In this document: piece after piece, positions 1 through 9,777 of the stretch
Position numbering within the stretch: the first letter of the stretch is position 1
Layout of the letters: each line of letters opens with the position of its first letter
Source of the DNA: Planctomycetota bacterium
GTDB lineage: Bacteria > Planctomycetota > UBA1135
Direction: 5' to 3'
DNA: 64,000 nucleotides
NCBI GenBank assembly: GCA_008501825.1
Contig: QQUA01000002.1
Location: 232,695 to 296,694, forward strand
Made by a program: the position numbers and the translations under genes
The notes under the pieces: model-generated
Databases searched by the model: none
What the model was told of the DNA's origin: nothing
The model's input: the letters and a program-made list of their open reading frames with translations, nothing else

Positions 1-69
1 GTTTTGAGCGATTGCGGATGGTGCAACCACGGTCAAGAACAACAAACTGAGGAAAAAGGTGGTTTTCAT
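1..69 (-). CDS. 5' end of a secreted-protein gene running off the left window edge (only the signal peptide is visible)
   Basis: The reverse complement of 1-69 reads ATG AAA ACC ACC TTT TTC ..., giving MKTTFFLSLLFLTVVAPSAIAQN. This is an n-h-c signal peptide with an AxA cleavage site. It is absent from the ORF track because the window truncates it. Confidence 0.4.
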   Translation of the reverse strand, partial: MKTTFFLSLLFLTVVAPSAIAQN

Positions 70-251
70 GGTGTTTGAAGGCTACGAGTCCGCCCAGGGG
101 GCCAGCCTGACTCTACGAAAGGAGTAGAAACCGATTGGCCTGCGGCAACACCCGGTTTGAATTCGTGAGGCTTTCCCGACACCCCCTCGAAATCGGCTTC
201 GCCGGCGCCAAAACCGGCTACCATCGAAGCCCCCTCCCATCCGGAGCTGCC

Positions 252-2678
252 ATGCTGCTGGTTCTCTGCCTGCTTTGTCCCGGTCTTTCCGCCATGCCCC
301 AAGGCCAAACCCTGCAATCGGATTACCCGATTCAAGCCGTTCCCATGACCCAGGTGCGGGTACAAGGAGGTTTCTGGGGACCGCGATTGGAAACCAATCG
401 CCGGGTCACGATCCCTTATGATTTTCAAAAATGTGAAGAAACCGGAAGGATCGACAACTTTGCCAAAGCCGGGGGCTTGATGCCCGGTCCTTTTATCGGA
501 ATTCGTTATAACGATTCGGACGTCTTCAAAGTCATCGAAGGGGCTTCTTATGCCTTGGCTCTGCAAGCCGATCCGGAGCTGGAAGCTTATCTGGACCGCT
601 TGATCGCCAAAATCGCCGCCGCCCAGGAGGAAGACGGTTACCTGTACACCACGCGAACCATCGATCCGAATCGCCCGGCCCGGGCCGCTGGAGAAACGCG
701 CTGGGCCTTTTTGGAACATAGCCACGAGTTATACAACGTTGGTCATATGTATGAAGCGGCGGTAGCTCATTATCAAGCCACCGGCAAACGATCGTTGTTG
801 GAAGTGGCATTGAAAAACGCCGATTTGATCGACCGGACTTTCGGGCCGAACAAGCGCCGAGACATTCCAGGTCATCAAGAAATCGAAATCGGCTTGATGA
901 AGTTGTATCGCCTGACCGGCGAAGCCCGCTACCTGCACCTGGCTCGCTTTTTTCTGGATGAACGGGGCCAAGCCAACGGTCGCAGCCTGTACGGGGAGTA
1001 CTGCCAAGACCATGCTCCGGTTACCGAGCAAAAAGAAGCCGTCGGCCATGCGGTCCGAGCGGTTTACATGTATTCCGCCATGACCGATGCGGCGGCTTTG
1101 TTTCAAGATTCCGCCTATCGCCGGGCGGTGGACTGGTTGTGGACCGACGTAACCCAGCGCAAGATGTATCTCACCGGCGGAATCGGCGCCCACCGTCACG
1201 GGGAAGCTTTCGGCAAGGCTTATGAACTTCCCAACGCATCGGCTTACAACGAAACTTGCGCCGCCATCGCCTTGGCTCTTTGGGCCCAACGCATGTTTCT
1301 CCTGAACGGAGATGCCCACTACGTCGACGTTTTGGAACGGGTCCTTTACAACGGCTTTTTGGCCGGCGTCGACCTGAGCGGAACGGAATTCTTCTATCCC
1401 AATCCGCTGGAAGCCAGCGGCCGCAGCCCGTTCAACCAGGGTTCGCCGGTGCGAGCCCCTTGGTTTGATTGTTCCTGTTGTCCTGTCAACGTGGTTCGCT
1501 TTCTGCCGGCCATTCCGGGCTTCGCCTTTGCAATTCAGGAGACCTCTCTGTTCGTAAATCTATTCTTGCAAGCGGAAGGTCGGGGGCAAATCAGCGGGCA
1601 GGACGTGGCTTGGAACATGCAAACGGAATATCCCTTCCAAGGCAAGGTGCGGCTGCAATTTCCTATGGAGCGAGGGGTCGACTTTGCCTTGAAATTGCGC
1701 ATTCCGGGGTGGGCTCGAAACCAGCCGGTGCCCAGCGATCTCTACCGTTTCGCAACCCCTTCCAAGGAGAAAGTGGAAATCACCGTGAACGGAATCGAAG
1801 CGGAATGGAAATGGGAACGAGGCTACGCAGTGCTCGAGCGCCGATGGGAACCTGGAGATTGGCTGGAAATGCAGTTGCCGATGCCGATTCGCCGAGTGGT
1901 GGCCGACTCTCGAGTTCAAGCCGACCGAGGCAAGGTCGCCTTACAACGAGGTCCCCTGGTTTATTGCGTGGAAGGTGTGGATCACGCCGGCGCCGTTTCC
2001 CACCTTTCTTTGCCGGCACAAGCCGATTTCCAAGTTCTTCAGAATCCGGACTTTCTCGACGGTTGTCCGGTTTTGGTTACGGAACAGGCTGAAGCTTCCA
2101 AGAGAACTTCCGGTGGTGAAGTCGAAACCGCCAACGCCCTCTTAAGGGCCCTTCCTTATTACGCCTGGGCTCATCGCGGTGCGACCGCCATGACGGTTTG
2201 GTTGCCGGAGGACGGCGAATATGCCAAAGCCCTGCCGATTCCAACCATCGCTTCCCTGGCCAAGGCCAGCGCTTCCCATTGTTGGAGTGGAGATACCGTC
2301 GAGGCCATTCACGATTTGGAGATCCCGCAACATTCCGGAGATCACGATCTACCGCGATTGACTTGGTGGGACCACCGCGGAACCCGGGAATGGGTGCAAT
2401 ACGATTTCGACCAACCCACGACCCTGGATCATTGCCGGGTGTATTGGTTCGACGACACCGGTCGCGGTTCCTGCCGGCTCCCCAAAAGCTGGCGCCTGCT
2501 TTATGTTCAAGCCGGTGAATGGCGAGAAGTGGAAGCCTGGAAAGTGGATCGGATCCACCGGGACGCTTTCAATGAGATGCGTTTCAAAGCCCTAACCACC
2601 ACGGCCTTGCGACTGGAGGTCGATCTCCAAGAAGGATTCTCCGGTGGAATTTTGGAATGGCAAGTTGGAAGCGAGTAA
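252..2678 (+). CDS. GH127-like beta-L-arabinofuranosidase (DUF1680 family) with a C-terminal discoidin/F5-8-type-C-like carbohydrate-binding domain
   Basis: Motifs HELYNVGHMYEAAVAHY, YNETCAAIA (Glu-x-Cys) and DCSCCPVNVVRF (Cys-Cys) match the Zn/nucleophile cysteine signature of HypBA1-type GH127. The C-terminal ~130 aa (WWDHRGTREWVQYDF...TTALRLEV) looks discoidin-like. I moved the start from 135 to ATG 252, which gives the signal peptide MLLVLCLLCPGLSA. Confidence 0.85.
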   Translation: MLLVLCLLCPGLSAMPQGQTLQSDYPIQAVPMTQVRVQGGFWGPRLETNRRVTIPYDFQKCEETGRIDNFAKAGGLMPGPFIGIRYNDSDVFKVIEGASYALALQADPELEAYLDRLIAKIAAAQEEDGYLYTTRTIDPNRPARAAGETRWAFLEHSHELYNVGHMYEAAVAHYQATGKRSLLEVALKNADLIDRTFGPNKRRDIPGHQEIEIGLMKLYRLTGEARYLHLARFFLDERGQANGRSLYGEYCQDHAPVTEQKEAVGHAVRAVYMYSAMTDAAALFQDSAYRRAVDWLWTDVTQRKMYLTGGIGAHRHGEAFGKAYELPNASAYNETCAAIALALWAQRMFLLNGDAHYVDVLERVLYNGFLAGVDLSGTEFFYPNPLEASGRSPFNQGSPVRAPWFDCSCCPVNVVRFLPAIPGFAFAIQETSLFVNLFLQAEGRGQISGQDVAWNMQTEYPFQGKVRLQFPMERGVDFALKLRIPGWARNQPVPSDLYRFATPSKEKVEITVNGIEAEWKWERGYAVLERRWEPGDWLEMQLPMPIRRVVADSRVQADRGKVALQRGPLVYCVEGVDHAGAVSHLSLPAQADFQVLQNPDFLDGCPVLVTEQAEASKRTSGGEVETANALLRALPYYAWAHRGATAMTVWLPEDGEYAKALPIPTIASLAKASASHCWSGDTVEAIHDLEIPQHSGDHDLPRLTWWDHRGTREWVQYDFDQPTTLDHCRVYWFDDTGRGSCRLPKSWRLLYVQAGEWREVEAWKVDRIHRDAFNEMRFKALTTTALRLEVDLQEGFSGGILEWQVGSE

Positions 2679-2684
2679 GGCCAA

Positions 2685-4247
2685 TCAAGGATTCGACCGC
2701 TTCTGAAAAGCGATTCGCTCGTTCTGGTAATCCAAAACCAAACGAAACGGCTTCAGGAAATCGCCGCCAATGTTGCCTAGGGTCCAAGCGTCCTTGAAAG
2801 CTCCTTTGTCGACAACGCCAAAGCCCACTTCCGGATTTTCGAAACGATGTCCGGCCAATTCGAACCACCGAATTCGACCTTGTTTGATCGGCAACATGCC
2901 ACCCACGCCCCCGGCGCCACCATCGCTAACCTCCCGATCCTGCAACAGGGAAAGCTCCTGAACCGCCGGAGTATGAAACATTACCGTGGAACCGGCAGCC
3001 CCGGTATCGAGCCGAAACCAGCCGCGATGATCGCCTTCGAAACCCGCTTCCACGCAGGGGTGACGATCGTACAAGACCAAGTCCTGCCAAGCTCCGGATT
3101 TCAATTCATAGCTTGAGGAGGGATGCAATTGAACCCAACCTTCCACCATATCCACCTCGGCGACGCATCGTGACAGCACTCCGTAACCGATGATGCCGGC
3201 AATTTCCACTCCGAATACCGGCTCCAGAAAACTCAAATCAAGTTCCAAGAACACCGACTTTTCAATCCGAAGCGGCCCGATGCGAAATTCGGGTCCTTGC
3301 ACGAAGCGGGTTTTCACTCGACCGCCGATTCCCACCGCCGTAATTTCTCCAACCTCTTGCAACTGCAGGGAAGCTCCAACCGTGGTGGAAAGAGTGGAAG
3401 CTCCGGCGCCGGTATCGAAAATGAACCACTTTTCTTCTTCCAAACCGAGATCCACTTGAACCAACAAATGTCCGGTAGGAGCTTGCCGGCACACCAGTTT
3501 CGGCGACACCGCAGGATCAAAGCGAAAATCCGCTCTTAGCTTCTGGCGCTTTGGAAACCAACTTTCCGCAGCCGTTTGCGGCCTGGAGATGGAAGTAAAT
3601 TGAACAGTATCCACCTCGTCTCCCGGCCTCTGAATCCGCAACTCAGCCGGGAAATGAACCTGGTCGATTTGCCGGTAGTTCAAATAGTGAATCTCATCCA
3701 ACCATTTGCCATTGTCGAAAGTACAGCTTTCCACCAGGTTTTCATCATTCAAGCTAAGGCTTCCCCGAAAACGCCCGTCTTTTGCCGTCCAGTGCAAGCT
3801 CCGCTGGCCTTCTATCCGTTCCACGCGCCAATGGAAGCGATCTCGATGAGTCCACCAGTGCCCGCTCATGAACAAAAGCATGGCGCGAGCTTCTTCCTTT
3901 TCCCGCAAAGTCAAACGGCGGGGAGTTCCCATCCAATCTCGTTCCCAGCCGCTTTCACCGTCACTGCTCAAGAGATATGGCATGGCGCCACCAAAATCGA
4001 ATCGATAGCGCAACTCCTTGTCCATGGCGAGAGTGATCTCGCCCGGATTGCCGTTATAGCTGCCTTCGCCCCGAGCTAAGACCAAGTCCACAGAGGCACC
4101 TTCCCAACCGGAAGCTCGCCCGTAATCGGCCAACCAAGCTTCCGCTTCTTGGGCGGTCAAGGCCGCAGGAAGGACTAGGCCCAGGGCGGCTAATGCAAGG
4201 GCGCATCGAACCGAACTCGAAGGGTTCCAACGACTGAAAAATTTCAT
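2685..4247 (-). CDS. Secreted protein with two tandem retropepsin-like aspartyl protease domains
   Basis: Signal peptide ALALAALGLVLPAALTAQEA. Two catalytic-type motifs are present, FIFDTGAGAS (D278, nt ~3414-3416) and FRLDTGAAGS (D414, nt ~3006-3008). Each is followed by a flap-like motif (GIIGYGVL and GNIGGDFL). There is a 4-nt ATGA overlap with the upstream regulator gene. Confidence 0.7.
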   Translation of the reverse strand: MKFFSRWNPSSSVRCALALAALGLVLPAALTAQEAEAWLADYGRASGWEGASVDLVLARGEGSYNGNPGEITLAMDKELRYRFDFGGAMPYLLSSDGESGWERDWMGTPRRLTLREKEEARAMLLFMSGHWWTHRDRFHWRVERIEGQRSLHWTAKDGRFRGSLSLNDENLVESCTFDNGKWLDEIHYLNYRQIDQVHFPAELRIQRPGDEVDTVQFTSISRPQTAAESWFPKRQKLRADFRFDPAVSPKLVCRQAPTGHLLVQVDLGLEEEKWFIFDTGAGASTLSTTVGASLQLQEVGEITAVGIGGRVKTRFVQGPEFRIGPLRIEKSVFLELDLSFLEPVFGVEIAGIIGYGVLSRCVAEVDMVEGWVQLHPSSSYELKSGAWQDLVLYDRHPCVEAGFEGDHRGWFRLDTGAAGSTVMFHTPAVQELSLLQDREVSDGGAGGVGGMLPIKQGRIRWFELAGHRFENPEVGFGVVDKGAFKDAWTLGNIGGDFLKPFRLVLDYQNERIAFQKRSNP

Positions 4248-4825
4248 GGTGAAACATCCTCCTCTTTAGGCGGAGCTTGGGTTCCGGATTCCGGAGTCAA
4301 AACGTAAGTGAAGGAACACAATTGCCCTTCGTTTCCTGCTCGGTTGCGCTCCAAGATTTCCACTAACTTGCCCAGTAACTCCAGCACTTCTCCCATGGCT
4401 TCCGGAGCAAGCCAAGCTTTGACCCGTCCAGCCGAAGCGTTTTTGTCCTCGCCGCGAATCACCGCCCGGCCGTTCTCCATGCCGGCCCGGATGCTGCGGT
4501 CGGCCAAGCGCAACATGGCGGAAACCGCCCGGGAAGTTGCGTCGACGTTGGCCGGGTTGTCGGGATCGAAGTGCAGTCGAATCTTTTCCGCCGGCAGCCC
4601 GTAAAGCACCTCACGGCGACGGCCTGCCATGCGACTCCCCTTTTCCACCACCAAGCCGACCTGGCGAAGTTTGCGAAGGTGGTAGTAAAGAGAATCGGGC
4701 GCTCGCCCCAACAGCTCGGCCAACTCGGCCACCGCCAAGGTTCCGGCACTCTCCAGAGTGCTGACGATTTCTTGGCGAGGAGGAGAGGTGAGAGCTTCCA
4801 GTTGTTCTTGGCGTTGGATGCGCAT
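4244..4825 (-). CDS. ArsR/SmtB-like winged-helix transcriptional regulator
   Basis: 193 aa. The segment LAVAELAELLGRAPDSLYYHLRKLRQVGLV is a typical ArsR-type HTH plus wing. It is translationally coupled (ATGA) to the downstream protease gene. Confidence 0.75.
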   Translation of the reverse strand: MRIQRQEQLEALTSPPRQEIVSTLESAGTLAVAELAELLGRAPDSLYYHLRKLRQVGLVVEKGSRMAGRRREVLYGLPAEKIRLHFDPDNPANVDATSRAVSAMLRLADRSIRAGMENGRAVIRGEDKNASAGRVKAWLAPEAMGEVLELLGKLVEILERNRAGNEGQLCSFTYVLTPESGTQAPPKEEDVSP

Positions 4826-4858
4826 GTCCGAGATCCAAAAGAGTACGCTTGGGGCCTC

Positions 4859-4897
4859 TTTACTGGTGAAATTTTTTTAATTTTTTTCACCAGTAAA
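4859..4897. promoter_or_regulatory. Candidate operator: perfect 13-bp inverted repeat with a pure A/T spacer
   Basis: TTTACTGGTGAAA (4859-4871) and TTTCACCAGTAAA (4885-4897) flank the spacer TTTTTTTAATTTT. The repeat is centred ~53 nt upstream of the regulator ATG (4825), in the divergent intergenic region with the GH29 gene. Confidence 0.5.
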
Positions 4898-4938
4898 CTT
4901 CATTCATTCTTAGTAGGCCCACTAGATAGGCATTATGA

Positions 4939-4953
4939 CGCCAATTATTGGCG
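4939..4953. promoter_or_regulatory. Second short palindrome in the same divergent promoter region
   Basis: CGCCAAT-T-ATTGGCG is a perfect 7-1-7 palindrome. Its function is unknown. Confidence 0.25.
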
Positions 4954-5080
4954 GATTCACGATTCTTACTGCCCTTACCGAAGACCGGCCATTCTCCCGC
5001 TGTCGCGCCGCTCACTTCGAGACATTGGCCACAAAAAGCGATGAAATTGCCGCCTTGGCCCCCCACCTGAGCCCGGGCGA

Positions 5081-7420
5081 ATGCTAGAAAGCCGACCGAT
5101 GCCTCCGCTCTCCCTCCTCCTGCTATTGGTGCCGTGGGTGGCCCCTTCACCCTGGGCCCAGGCCCCCTCTCCCAAGCCCCAAGCCGCCGGCTTCGAACCC
5201 CTGCTTCAAGACGGCCCGATAGAGCAACATTGGCAAGCCAACCCGGCGTGGAAGTTGCTGGAAGGAAGCTTGGTGGGCTCTCCCGGAGAAATCCTCTTGA
5301 GCCGGGACGATTGGCGGAACTTTGAATTTCGTTGCCGCTGGAAAGGGGAAATCGGGGCTCGGGGCAAACTCCATCTTCGGAATTTGGCCCAGGTCTCGGT
5401 GGGCGATTGGGAAGGAGGGGCCGGTGGTTTGTGGACTTTGACCGGCCACCCCACGCCGCCGATGGCGAACCGCGCTCCCGACCCCGCGACCTGGCATCGT
5501 TTGCAGGTGCGGGTGGTGCAAGACCAAGTCTCGGTTTGGATCAACGGCGTCCTAACCGTGGTCGCCGCAGCAGTCCCCAAAGCCAACGCCGGAGCTGCGC
5601 CTATGGATGATCGCGGCCCCCTCGGCTTGCAGGTGGATCAGGGTTTATTGGAAATTCGCGATCCGGAAATTCGAGTGCTGGATGAAGGAGCGGAAGCCTT
5701 GGGCCCGCCACCTCCCGAAGACCGCCAAGCTTTCGAGCGGCGCATGCAATGGTGGTCGGAAGCTCGCTTCGGCATGTTCATCCATTGGGGCTTGTACGCC
5801 ATTCCCGCCGGCACTTGGAATGGCCAGCGGGTCGGAGGCATCGGTGAATGGATCCAACATCACGGCAAGATTCCGCCGAGCGAATATGAAGTTCTGCAAG
5901 AGCAATTCCTCCCGCTCGCTTTCGATGCCGATGCCTGGGCGAAAGCCGCCCACGATGCAGGCATGAAATACATCGTGATCACTTCCAAGCATCACGACGG
6001 CTTCGCCCTGTTCGATTCCAAATATTCCGAGTGGGACGTGATGAACACTCCTTATGGAAAGGACCTTCTCGCGCAACTGGCCGAAGCTTGCGCCAAATAT
6101 GGTCTGAAGATGTGCTGGTACTACTCGATCATGGACTGGCACCATCCCGACTATCTGCCTCGCAAAAATTGGGATCCGCGACCGGATGAGCAGGCTGAAT
6201 ATTTGCGCTACGTCGAATACATGAAAAATCAGTTGTTCGAACTGACCACCCGCTACGGTCCGATCGGCGTCCTTTGGTTCGACGGCGAATGGGAAGCCAC
6301 CTGGAAGCACGAGATGGGGGTGGAACTTTACGACTACGTGCGTTCCTTGCAGCCGGACATTTTGATCAACAACCGGGTGGACAAGGGCCGGCGCGGCATG
6401 CAGGGCATGACTCGAGAAGGGGGCTTTCGGGGCGACTTCGGCACTCCTGAACAGGAAATTCCCGGTACCGGACTACCCGGAGCCTATTGGGAATCCTGTA
6501 TGACCATGAACGATACTTGGGGATTCAAATCCTATGACCAAAATTGGAAGTCCTCGGAAACTTTGATCCGAAATCTGTGCGACACCGCTTCCAAAGGCGG
6601 CAATTACTTGCTCAACGTCGGCCCGACTGCGGAAGGACGAATTCCGGAAGCTTCCCTGCAGCGAATGGCCGAAGTAGGACGTTGGCTGCAATTGTACGGA
6701 GAGGCCATTTACGGCAGCCAGGCAGGTCCCTTTGCCCGGTTGCCTTGGGGCCGTTGCACCCGCAAGGGCGATTTCCTCTATCTCTTGGTATTCGACTGGC
6801 CGCAGCCGACCTCGAGGGAATTGGAAATCCCCGGCTTACAGAATCGAATTTTGGGGGCGAAGATCCTGGGCGAACGCCCCCTGCATTTGGGAATCCGTCG
6901 CGGAGAAGAATCTTCCTTCCTGCGAGTGCCGGCCAGTGCACCGGATCCGGCAGCCAGCGTCATTCGCATTCAAGTGCAAGGCGAGCCGGTTGTGTTCACG
7001 CCGAGCTTGAAACCGGATGCCGAAGGAGTCTTGACCCTGAGAGCACGAGACGCCGAAATTCACGGCGCCCACGCCCGCTACGAACATGGAGCCGATCGCG
7101 ACAACATCGGCTTTTGGACTTCGGCGGATGATTGGGTTTCCTGGACGGTGGCGGTTCCAAAACACCAAAAGTACAAGGTTCGGCTGCGCCAGGCTTGTGA
7201 AGATGCTTCCGCCGGTAGCCGTTTCGTCCTTCGCATCGGCGAACAGGAGCTCGGCGGAATCGTTTGGGGCACTGGAGGCTGGGCTAAGTTCACCGACGTC
7301 GACCTTGGCCTAATTGAAATCCCGGAAGGGCGCCGTTCCCTGGAGTTCCGGGTGACCGAGCTCAAAGGGCATGCCGCTCTCAACTTGCAGAGTCTCCGTT
7401 TCATTCCGGTGGAGCCGTAG
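5081..7420 (+). CDS. GH29 alpha-L-fucosidase with an N-terminal DUF1080-like domain and a C-terminal CBM-like beta-sandwich
   Basis: GH29 motifs FGMFIHWGLYAIPAG, HHDGFALFDS and GVLWFDGEWE. The N-terminal ~190 aa resembles the DUF1080/3-keto-disaccharide-hydrolase lectin fold (KLHLRN..., GLQVDQGLLEIRDPEIRVL). The C-terminal ~130 aa (IGFWTSADDWVSWTV...LNLQSLRFIP) looks CBM-like. A signal peptide is present. Confidence 0.9.
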   Translation: MLESRPMPPLSLLLLLVPWVAPSPWAQAPSPKPQAAGFEPLLQDGPIEQHWQANPAWKLLEGSLVGSPGEILLSRDDWRNFEFRCRWKGEIGARGKLHLRNLAQVSVGDWEGGAGGLWTLTGHPTPPMANRAPDPATWHRLQVRVVQDQVSVWINGVLTVVAAAVPKANAGAAPMDDRGPLGLQVDQGLLEIRDPEIRVLDEGAEALGPPPPEDRQAFERRMQWWSEARFGMFIHWGLYAIPAGTWNGQRVGGIGEWIQHHGKIPPSEYEVLQEQFLPLAFDADAWAKAAHDAGMKYIVITSKHHDGFALFDSKYSEWDVMNTPYGKDLLAQLAEACAKYGLKMCWYYSIMDWHHPDYLPRKNWDPRPDEQAEYLRYVEYMKNQLFELTTRYGPIGVLWFDGEWEATWKHEMGVELYDYVRSLQPDILINNRVDKGRRGMQGMTREGGFRGDFGTPEQEIPGTGLPGAYWESCMTMNDTWGFKSYDQNWKSSETLIRNLCDTASKGGNYLLNVGPTAEGRIPEASLQRMAEVGRWLQLYGEAIYGSQAGPFARLPWGRCTRKGDFLYLLVFDWPQPTSRELEIPGLQNRILGAKILGERPLHLGIRRGEESSFLRVPASAPDPAASVIRIQVQGEPVVFTPSLKPDAEGVLTLRARDAEIHGAHARYEHGADRDNIGFWTSADDWVSWTVAVPKHQKYKVRLRQACEDASAGSRFVLRIGEQELGGIVWGTGGWAKFTDVDLGLIEIPEGRRSLEFRVTELKGHAALNLQSLRFIPVEP

Positions 7421-9686
7421 AGGCTCTTTCCCCAGTTTCAGAAACGAACCAGCGAGTGAAACGACGGCTCCACGCTTCCGCTCGACAAGTGAACTCACTC
7501 CAAGCCAAGCCGCTTTTCGCCACCTCCAACAAAAAGGCATTGAAGGAATCTTGCGGCTGATAACCCGAATCCAACAGTTGCAGGAAAACTTCTCGGGCCG
7601 TCTCGGGGTCGTTCAACTGCAGTCGGCTCAAGCCAAAGCGTAATCCGCTTCGCAAAACTTCCGGGTGATCCGGGCTGTGGGTTTGCAAATAGCTCTGCCA
7701 GGCCCTTTGGAAGCAGTGGTCGGACTGCTTCAGATTGCCTTGGAGTGCATAAACGGTTCCCAAACTGATAGCCAGTTGCTGCATCAGCGGATGATGACTT
7801 CCCAAGGAAGGCAGGTATTCCTGCTCAAGCTTTAACATGGATTCGATCGCTGCTGCGTATTTCCGCTCTTCTCCGTCCAGAATCGCCAGGTTCAATCGGA
7901 TAAGGAGAGCACGGTTTCGGCTATCCGACAGATCCGCTCCCTGTTCCAAAAGCGAGGTTAGCAATGATCGAGCTTCGGCAAAATTCCGCTCGTTGATGAA
8001 GCCGGCGGCCAAGTTCAGGCGGGCGTCAAAAGCCTTGTCTCCCTCGTGGCCATTCTCTTCCTGGTACATCGTGGCGGCGATCTCCAGCCGCTCCTTGGCC
8101 AAAGTCATGTTGCCGCCGGCAAGGGCGTTGTTTCCGGCTCGCAAATAATATTCAGCCAAACTCGAATCCGAATCTCCCAAATGCTCGGCCATGACCGGCA
8201 GCATGCGCCGATAGAGGGCTTCCGCTTCCGTGTAACGGCCGCTCAAGGAAAATTGATGGGCGACTTGCAATCCCAAAATGGCATGCAGATAGGGTTCGGT
8301 TTCCAGATGCTCTCCAGCCAGCTCCAAGATGGAAGCCAGGAATTGATCGCTGTTCAGGCCGCTCGATGAGCGAAGGTTTTGTTGCAGGCGATTCACCATT
8401 TTCACCATCCCGCCGGTGAACTGATTGAGCGAATCCACCTTGGCCTCCAGAGCAACTTTCACACGATCGGCCTCATTCCAGCCGAGTTCGGCCCTTTCCT
8501 TTTCCACTTGGACCTGGCGATGAAGTCCTGCCAGCGAGATCAAAGCGATCACGGCAGCAAACAATAAACCGGAAAGTTTAGGATTCCTGCGAAGCGTCCC
8601 TTCCCCCACCCGAAACCACCCGGGCTTCCTTGCCGACACGGCTTCTCCGCAAAGATAGCGGCGCAGGTCATCAGCAAACTCTTTCATGGTGGCATAGCGC
8701 CGGCGGGGATGCTTGGCGATGGCCCGCATGCACACGTTGGAAAGCGATTTTGGAGCCTGGACCAACTTTCGCGGCTCTTCAGGATCCAAATACTGAATTC
8801 GGCGGGCGACTGCGGAAAAGCTGGCTCCCTCGAAGGCCCTTTGCAAAGTCATGGACTCGAACAAGGAGGTACCTAGGGAAAAAACGTCGGTGCGATGATC
8901 CAAATCGAATAAATCAGAATTGATCTGCTCCGGACTCATGTAGTAGGGAGTTCCAATTCGATCTCGGGTTCGAGTGAGGCCGAGATCTCCTTCCAAAAAA
9001 GCCAGACCGAAGTCGACCACTTTCGGTTGTCCGTTCGGGAGCAGCATGATGTTGGCGGGTTTTAAATCCCGGTGCCAAACTCCGACTTCATGAGCTGCGG
9101 CCATGGCTTCGGCTACGGCGAGGTGGATTTCGGCCACCCTCCGAAAATGACTCTCGTTCAGGTCCGGACGCTTTCGGTGCTCGTCCAGCCAATCGGCCAA
9201 GCTCCGGCCGCCTTCGATAAGCTCCTGGACGATATACAAATCACCTTCATCCTCGCCGACACCATAGATTTGGGCGATTCCCGGGTGAATCAATCGACTT
9301 CCGACGGCGGCTTCTTTCTGGAACCGTTGCAAAGAGGAAGCCCTTAAATTGTAAATCGGATAGAGCAATTTGACCGCCACCTTCTTTTCCAAGGATAATT
9401 GAATTGCACTCCAAACTTCTCCCATGCCTCCTCGGCCAATTCTTTCCAGAAGCCGATAGTCTCCCAACACGCGACCGCTGTGGTCGCAGGGCTCGGCTCC
9501 CAATAGGCTGACCAATTCCACGTATTCACGAAACAGCGGTTCAGCTTCGGAGCGAAGCGGGGCGGGCAAACTATCCAGGAAGCGATTTTCATCCATGGAT
9601 CCACCCTTGCGAGCGTTTACCAAAAAACGGTGCAAGGCTTCCTGCACTCTCGCTTCGTTTGAATTTTCCTGGAAATGATCTTTCAT
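7401..9686 (-). CDS. Membrane Ser/Thr protein kinase with a C-terminal TPR-like repeat domain
   Basis: Hanks motifs GRGGMGEVW, HRDLKPANIML, VVDFGLA and GTPYYMSPE. One TM segment (LLFAAVIALISLAGL) is followed by a helical-repeat C-terminal half. The track start 9713 is TTG, and the first ATG is at 9686. The 3' end overlaps the convergent GH29 gene by 20 nt. Confidence 0.9.
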   Translation of the reverse strand: MKDHFQENSNEARVQEALHRFLVNARKGGSMDENRFLDSLPAPLRSEAEPLFREYVELVSLLGAEPCDHSGRVLGDYRLLERIGRGGMGEVWSAIQLSLEKKVAVKLLYPIYNLRASSLQRFQKEAAVGSRLIHPGIAQIYGVGEDEGDLYIVQELIEGGRSLADWLDEHRKRPDLNESHFRRVAEIHLAVAEAMAAAHEVGVWHRDLKPANIMLLPNGQPKVVDFGLAFLEGDLGLTRTRDRIGTPYYMSPEQINSDLFDLDHRTDVFSLGTSLFESMTLQRAFEGASFSAVARRIQYLDPEEPRKLVQAPKSLSNVCMRAIAKHPRRRYATMKEFADDLRRYLCGEAVSARKPGWFRVGEGTLRRNPKLSGLLFAAVIALISLAGLHRQVQVEKERAELGWNEADRVKVALEAKVDSLNQFTGGMVKMVNRLQQNLRSSSGLNSDQFLASILELAGEHLETEPYLHAILGLQVAHQFSLSGRYTEAEALYRRMLPVMAEHLGDSDSSLAEYYLRAGNNALAGGNMTLAKERLEIAATMYQEENGHEGDKAFDARLNLAAGFINERNFAEARSLLTSLLEQGADLSDSRNRALLIRLNLAILDGEERKYAAAIESMLKLEQEYLPSLGSHHPLMQQLAISLGTVYALQGNLKQSDHCFQRAWQSYLQTHSPDHPEVLRSGLRFGLSRLQLNDPETAREVFLQLLDSGYQPQDSFNAFLLEVAKSGLAWSEFTCRAEAWSRRFTRWFVSETGERASTAPPE

Positions 9687-9777
9687 GCTTTGCAGTTCAA
9701 GAAAGGCAGCCAAGCACCTTCCTGTTCGATTTGGAATCTCCTTTTGCTAAGCTGGCTTTGCATTCGCAAAGCAGGCC

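Noticed and set aside
135-251. N-terminal extensions of several track ORFs (for example GH127 from 135, msrB from 14769, apaG to 15829, phnD to 35681, DUF1080 to 40090, ALDH to 49571, ATP-grasp from 43478)
   Set aside because: The extensions are compositionally odd and overlap neighbouring genes. Internal ATGs give canonical signal peptides or family-typical N termini, so I trimmed the starts. These remain predictions.
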